Below are positions 14,890 to 19,177 of a DNA stretch of 19,177 nt, piece by piece (the stretch's first letter is position 1; every line of letters starts with the position of its first letter). Made by a program: the position numbers and the translations under genes. The stretch is from assembly GCA_016840035.1 (NCBI GenBank), contig JAEOTC010000056.1:1-19177 (forward strand). Reading direction: 5' to 3'. The notes below the pieces were generated by a model, which was not told the DNA's origin, ran no database searches, and worked only from the letters and a program-made list of their open reading frames with translations. The DNA comes from Candidatus Hodarchaeota archaeon. Lineage in GTDB: Archaea; Asgardarchaeota; Heimdallarchaeia; Hodarchaeales; Hodarchaeaceae.

Positions 14890-17055
14890 ATGAAACTCCG
14901 ATATTATCATGTTTTCTTACTAATCAGCATTTTTATCCTTACAGGTATCTTTATTCCTGTTTCAACCCATACAGTATCTTCATTCTCCTCAATTGTACAT
15001 ACTGATATTGTAAATACCCCTACTAATGGAGCAGAGGATTCTTCCTTACGCATCCTCTCCTATGGTTATCGTAATAGTGACCCTTTCCAAGAATTTAACG
15101 ATCTTGCCTCTTATTCTTATCTTATTACACTTGTATTTGATTCTCTTGTTCATTATTCTTTTGAAACGAATGAAATAATCCCCTCTCTTGCCAGATCTTG
15201 GCTTGTGAGTTTAGATAGCCGTCACTGGACTTTCTTCCTTCGGCAAGATGTTTTATTTCATGATGGTTCTGAATTTAACGCTTCAGCTGTCAAATTTTCT
15301 TATGATCGACTTATTGATCCTTCCCATCCTGCTTATATTGATCCGACACACAGAACACTTCTCTTTCAAGGCCCTCTTGAATCCGTGACTGTAGTAGACA
15401 CGTATATTGTGTCTTTTCACTTTTCTGAACCCTATGCTTCATTTTTGTATACAGACGCAGCCACAATGAGTATATATTCTCCTAGAAGTTTTATAGGTTC
15501 GAATATTTCTACTCCTATTGGTACAGGTCCTTATGCATATGCGTTTCATCAATCCAGAGAAAATGATACATTGCTCCACCTTACAAGAAATCCAGATTAT
15601 CATTTAGGCTACCCTCCTTTTGAGAACGTTTCCTATCGGACTTTTAATGAGACAGAACAGAGTTGGTTTTCTTATGAAGAGGCAATACACAACCGAGAAG
15701 GAGACTTGGCAACTTACCCCATTTCTAGTCTTCCAGATACGGATGAGTATTGGGATCTTTCTCTTTCTTTTCATGGTATTGAGGTAGGTTACTTTAACCA
15801 TTCTAATCCCTATTTGTCCAATTCTTTAGTGCGTTCAGCCATCAACTATGGCATCGATAAGGTTGATTTCTGCACTACTTTTCCCAATAGTACTATTCGT
15901 TACTCTAGATCTTCTCTTAAGAGCATCATCCATTCTGATATCGATTTTCACGATTCAACTATTCCAGGATATCCCTTTGATCCGCAATACGCAAACTTCT
16001 TACTTGATGCAGCAGGTTATCCACGAAACACTGATGGATATCGTTTCAGTCTTCAGCTCTCGGGAGACGATTATAGATGGGATAAACTGATTTATATTCA
16101 GGATCAGCTCCGAGATATTGGAATCAATTCGACAATAGATATTTTGGACCATAATGATTTCTCAACGGGCCTGTTTCCTTTTGATCTTTATATAGTGGGG
16201 TGGGGTGGACTGATGGATCCAAGTTATGTCTGGTGGTTTCTTCATTCAGATGGTGATATCAATGTTGGGGGTTTTCATAATTCTACTATTGATCAACTCG
16301 TTCTAAATGGGCAATATACTCCTGTCGTACAAGAACGTGAGTATTACTACAAGAAACTCCAGTGGTTAGTACAAGATGCTGTACCTTACTTATTACTGAG
16401 TGAGGGATATAAACCCTACATAAGGGCTACTTCTGTTTCATCATTGGTTAAAATGAATATTATTGGGAAATTTGCATTTAATTTTCCAACTGTCCAAGAT
16501 CCTCTATTTTCTCTCTCCGAAATTCCTCTTTCTGTCAACCCTCTCTATTGTCCACAAGCAGACATTGTGATCTCTCCCGAATCAGTTATTCACGATTCTT
16601 ATGTTAATCTCGATTTTTCAACTGATTCATCTCAGTTCTTCCCAGATCAAATAGGGGCGGGAAAATTTTACCAGCTTTCGAATGATGATCAGGAACCAGT
16701 GGAGTATTCTCTCCGTTTCTATTATGATGAAAGCGATTTTAATGAGAGTATTGATCCTGAGTCGCTAGCTCTCTTTGTTTGGAACCCAGTTCAACAATCT
16801 TGGGATGAACTAGAGTTAATTTCTGTAGATAATGATTTTCGCTATCTTGAGGTTCAGTTAACTCTTTCTACTGATCCTCTCATTCTTGCTTTTGGCGTAA
16901 GAAAGGTGTTTTTGGAGGAAGTTATTCGCTCCTTTAAACTTCTTTTTCCTTATCTTATATTACTGGGGGGAATTATTTCATTTGGTGCTGCAATTATCTT
17001 ACTTAATAGAATGTTCTTGAAAAATCTTCAGGAGGAGTTTTTATCACAATTATAA
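14890..17055 (+). CDS. Family-5 solute-binding protein with an extra C-terminal domain and single TM anchor; putative sensor 3 (paralog of 4483..6678)
   Basis: VFDSLVHY, PSLARSW, WTFFLRQDVLFHDGSEFNA, PIGTGPY, VRSAINYGIDK, ANFLLDAAGY and TPVVQEREYYY. Same extra domain as SBP1 (LRFYYDE...LALFVWNP...WDEL...FRYLEVQL), followed by a TM helix. Confidence 0.85.
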   Translation: MKLRYYHVFLLISIFILTGIFIPVSTHTVSSFSSIVHTDIVNTPTNGAEDSSLRILSYGYRNSDPFQEFNDLASYSYLITLVFDSLVHYSFETNEIIPSLARSWLVSLDSRHWTFFLRQDVLFHDGSEFNASAVKFSYDRLIDPSHPAYIDPTHRTLLFQGPLESVTVVDTYIVSFHFSEPYASFLYTDAATMSIYSPRSFIGSNISTPIGTGPYAYAFHQSRENDTLLHLTRNPDYHLGYPPFENVSYRTFNETEQSWFSYEEAIHNREGDLATYPISSLPDTDEYWDLSLSFHGIEVGYFNHSNPYLSNSLVRSAINYGIDKVDFCTTFPNSTIRYSRSSLKSIIHSDIDFHDSTIPGYPFDPQYANFLLDAAGYPRNTDGYRFSLQLSGDDYRWDKLIYIQDQLRDIGINSTIDILDHNDFSTGLFPFDLYIVGWGGLMDPSYVWWFLHSDGDINVGGFHNSTIDQLVLNGQYTPVVQEREYYYKKLQWLVQDAVPYLLLSEGYKPYIRATSVSSLVKMNIIGKFAFNFPTVQDPLFSLSEIPLSVNPLYCPQADIVISPESVIHDSYVNLDFSTDSSQFFPDQIGAGKFYQLSNDDQEPVEYSLRFYYDESDFNESIDPESLALFVWNPVQQSWDELELISVDNDFRYLEVQLTLSTDPLILAFGVRKVFLEEVIRSFKLLFPYLILLGGIISFGAAIILLNRMFLKNLQEEFLSQL

Positions 17056-17111
17056 TTAAGGATCCTTCCCATGAGATTGCGGAGGTTAAAGCTTCCGAGG
17101 ATTCCGAAACG

Positions 17112-17630
17112 ATGACTGAACGAAAATCGCTTGTTTCTCGGTTTTTTTCTACCCTTCGTCTTCGTATTAAATCGATTGGTATATCCCAGACTCCCATCGA
17201 CAAAGAAATTTTACAGGGAAAAACTATTCAAGTTTACTGGTTCCTTCTTACTCATGAAGATGCTAGCATTCGTGAAATTCAGCGTGCTTTACATTATGCG
17301 TCACCAGGGACTGTTACTTATCAACTTTCTAAGTTAGAAACAGCTGGTGTTGTGACTAAAGATCTTGAAAATGATAAGTATCGGATCAAATCAGAAATTA
17401 AATCAGGAATCTTGGGTTTTTATGTCCGGATTGGTTATCGAATGATTCCTCGGTTTTCTTTATACCTTATTTTGTTCCTTTTTGGGATTATTTGCTTCGC
17501 TTTTGTGGCAATTGATCGTGGTGACACCTTTATTTCGGATCCTTTCAATTGGATCATCCTATTTATTTTGATCTCGGGTATTTTTGCCTTTATCTTTGAA
17601 TCCATCCGTATTTGGAGAATGAGACCATAG
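17112..17630 (+). CDS. Membrane-tethered winged-HTH transcriptional regulator (wHTH + 2 TM), copy 3
   Basis: LQGKTIQVYWFLLTH..SIREIQRALHYASPGTVTYQLSKLETAGVVTK..KY, linker EIKSGILGFYVRIGYRMIPRF, then 2 TM. Lies 56 bp after SBP3. Confidence 0.85.
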   Translation: MTERKSLVSRFFSTLRLRIKSIGISQTPIDKEILQGKTIQVYWFLLTHEDASIREIQRALHYASPGTVTYQLSKLETAGVVTKDLENDKYRIKSEIKSGILGFYVRIGYRMIPRFSLYLILFLFGIICFAFVAIDRGDTFISDPFNWIILFILISGIFAFIFESIRIWRMRP

Positions 17631-17642
17631 GGATATATGTTG

Positions 17643-17680
17643 GAAAGAGTAATGGTTCAATGAGGGGTATTACTTCTTTC
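17643..17680. repeat. Intergenic hairpin repeat, copy B
   Basis: GAAAGAGTAAT-GGTTCAATGAGGGGT-ATTACTTCTTTC. The flanks ATATGT...ACATAT allow a longer alternative stem. Confidence 0.65.
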
Positions 17681-17794
17681 CTCTTCTTTCGACATATTCA
17701 TGGTTTCTTTGGATGTAAATCTTTAAATAGCCGTATGTTCTGTAAACTGGTATTACAGGATAGTGCATTCTATTCTTGTTGAGAGGATGAGCGA

Positions 17795-18511
17795 ATGAAA
17801 AGAAAATTTAATAAAACTGGATTTCTGTGTGTTACAGTCTTATTTTTCCTGTTTAGTCATGTTTATCTTTCTTCTGGTATTTCTGATGACTTGGAATGGA
17901 AAGTAAAGGTGGGAGATAAAAAAAATTACGAATTCAGCAAGGTTTATGAATTTAATCTCACGGATTCCACTACTAAGTCCGTAGGTTACATGATGGGTCA
18001 AGCTCTGAATGGATCTGGTATAATAGTGACTTATTCCAGTGGTACTACTTTTACAGTAGAAATTTCTCACTTTGAGGATCAACGTGCTGTCCCTCAGATC
18101 ACCATGGAAGGGGTTGTCTTCATCCCCCATCCAAGACATGGTAGTTATGTTTCAAGAACAACCGATAATCGAACCTATTGGGAAGCACAGGTAGGTGAAT
18201 ATACCTCTGGATCGCTTTCTTTGAATATCTCGATGGACGGGGATGAATTTATTCGCAGAGAATCTAATTTAATTCCTTATTACAATCAATCCTTATTTAC
18301 TACCCGTAAAACTAATTGGAAAACAGGTTGGCTTACTTATTCTTATGTTGCTATATATCAGAACGTTTCAGGAGATCGTGTGCTTCGTTATGAGCTTGAG
18401 CTCAAAGCCAGTTCTAATGGAAGTGTTCCTGGTTTTTCTGTATTCTCGGTTTTGATTTGTTTACCAGTAATTTTTCTCATTCCGCGCATGGGAAGAGAGA
18501 AGGATTCCTAG
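17795..18511 (+). CDS. Secreted protein of unknown function with PGF-CTERM-like anchor
   Basis: Signal peptide, LEWKVKVGD N-terminal motif, several sequons and a SVPGFS-TM-basic C-terminus. TTTAAATA box at 17722. Confidence 0.8.
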   Translation: MKRKFNKTGFLCVTVLFFLFSHVYLSSGISDDLEWKVKVGDKKNYEFSKVYEFNLTDSTTKSVGYMMGQALNGSGIIVTYSSGTTFTVEISHFEDQRAVPQITMEGVVFIPHPRHGSYVSRTTDNRTYWEAQVGEYTSGSLSLNISMDGDEFIRRESNLIPYYNQSLFTTRKTNWKTGWLTYSYVAIYQNVSGDRVLRYELELKASSNGSVPGFSVFSVLICLPVIFLIPRMGREKDS

Positions 18512-18565
18512 AGGAAGAAGTGTTCATTGATTTGTAAGCTAAAAAAATGGAAATTGGTAAGACTA

Positions 18566-18685
18566 CTACTTCTTTTTTATTTTTGGTCCTAAGGGGTATG
18601 AGTAAACAAGTCGATTATCGATTTCCTTTTTCTCTCCCTTTTTTTTCTTCTTCTCATCGTCTTTTGGAGTTGTATCTTCACTCAA
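18566..18685 (-). CDS. Small Lys-rich protein, copy 2 (39 aa: MSEDTTPKDDEKKKKKGEKKEIDNRLVYSYPLGPKIKKK)
   Basis: TTG start preceded by GTGAT at the same spacing as copy 1. Double TAG stop. CAGAAAA-TTTATA BRE-TATA about 35 bp upstream. Confidence 0.75.
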   Translation of the reverse strand: MSEDTTPKDDEKKKKKGEKKEIDNRLVYSYPLGPKIKKK

Positions 18686-18838
18686 AATAATCACTTGTAG
18701 AAAGTTTTGTGGACTAGATGTATAAATTTTCTGTCATTCAAAATAGTAGGGACTTGTTTTTATTCTTACTATTGGGAAGTTTGTGTTTATCTTTGAATCA
18801 TTATGAATCGGAAGCTGATGGTCTGATTGAGGAATGAA

Positions 18839-18878
18839 GAGAGAGTGATGATTAGATGAGGGGTATACCTCTATCCTC
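18839..18878. repeat. Intergenic hairpin repeat, copy C (degenerate)
   Basis: GAGAGAGTGATGATTAGATGAGGGGTATACCTCTATCCTC aligns to 17643-17683. Confidence 0.55.
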
Positions 18879-19177
18879 TAATATCCCATAAACCAGTTTG
18901 TTACTTTTTGATGGCCTCTACTTGCATATTTGTATGGATGTTTCACCTGATCTAGTTTACGTAACACTTGATCCCGATTCACAGGCTTATAGATCCCATT
19001 GACATGATACCGAAATGGAACAATACGTTCAACGGTAAGAGTTTCAGGGGATACTAATTCCTCACGATACCGATTAGTGAGGATTTTTAATTCTTTAGAA
19101 CGAACTCTAACAATATGGGCATAGAGGGTTACATACCCGTGGGTATTACCTTTTGCAAAAAAAGAAGTACACCATCC
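18878..19177 (-). CDS. 3' end (99 aa) of a soluble protein of unknown function, truncated by the window edge
   Basis: Open frame from the window end: GWCTSFFAKGNTHGYVTLYAHIVRVRSKELKILTNRYREELVSPETLTVERIVPFRYHVNGIYKPVNRDQVLRKLDQVKHPYKYASRGHQKVTNWFMGY*. Confidence 0.6.
   Translation of the reverse strand, partial: GWCTSFFAKGNTHGYVTLYAHIVRVRSKELKILTNRYREELVSPETLTVERIVPFRYHVNGIYKPVNRDQVLRKLDQVKHPYKYASRGHQKVTNWFMGY

Noticed and set aside
4483-17055. Annotating the SBPs as parts of dpp/opp or mal ABC transporter operons
   Set aside because: No permease or ATPase genes are in the window, and each SBP is coupled to a regulator instead. Trans-acting transporters elsewhere cannot be excluded, so no gene symbols were assigned.
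3917-17630. LexA/SOS regulators (REIQ..L...SP..V helix pattern and GTAC/GTTC half-sites recall LexA and its boxes)
   Set aside because: No S24 peptidase domain or Ala-Gly cleavage region. The C-terminus is two TM helices, and the adjacent genes are not DNA-repair genes.
2240-18139. Remaining short ORF-track entries antisense to or nested in long genes (e.g. 2240-2527, 3109-3438, 7875-8090, 10003-10323, 13419-13754, 14035-14331, 17840-18139)
   Set aside because: Shadow frames of well-supported genes with no recognisable motifs. ORFs 8227-8472 and 14677-14910 run across promoter/operator DNA.
12521-18878. Hairpin repeats as canonical integron attC sites or SECIS elements
   Set aside because: They lack the RYYYAAC...GTTRRRY ends and there is no integrase in the window. 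There are no in-frame TGA selenoprotein candidates and no clear SECIS core.

Overview
AT-rich archaeal DNA with BRE-TATA promoters, GGTGA-type Shine-Dalgarno sites and many secreted proteins ending in a Thr-rich linker, a PGF-like motif, a TM helix and a basic tail. This most resembles an Asgard archaeon (Heimdallarchaeia/Hodarchaeales-like; inference, no marker gene in the window). The window is a cell-surface locus: two beta-propeller proteins, five members of one ConA/LamG-like secreted family, one further secreted protein and an orphan anchor fragment. The main result is a two-gene module present three times: an orphan ABC-type solute-binding protein (SBP; two family-5 peptide-type, one sugar-type), followed directly by a winged-HTH protein with two C-terminal TM helices. 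No permease or ATPase genes are present. The three SBPs share an in-register C-terminal TM/tail module despite belonging to different SBP families. Palindromic GTWCW-N6/7-WGWAC boxes sit about 21 bp upstream of the TATA boxes of SBP genes and neighbouring surface-protein genes. Together this suggests a kinase-free transmembrane sensing system (SBP sensor plus membrane-tethered activator) controlling surface proteins. Also found: two unannotated paralogous 39-40 aa Lys-rich micropeptides, a family of about 40-60 bp intergenic hairpin repeats, and a roughly 100-bp direct repeat bracketing the first cassette.
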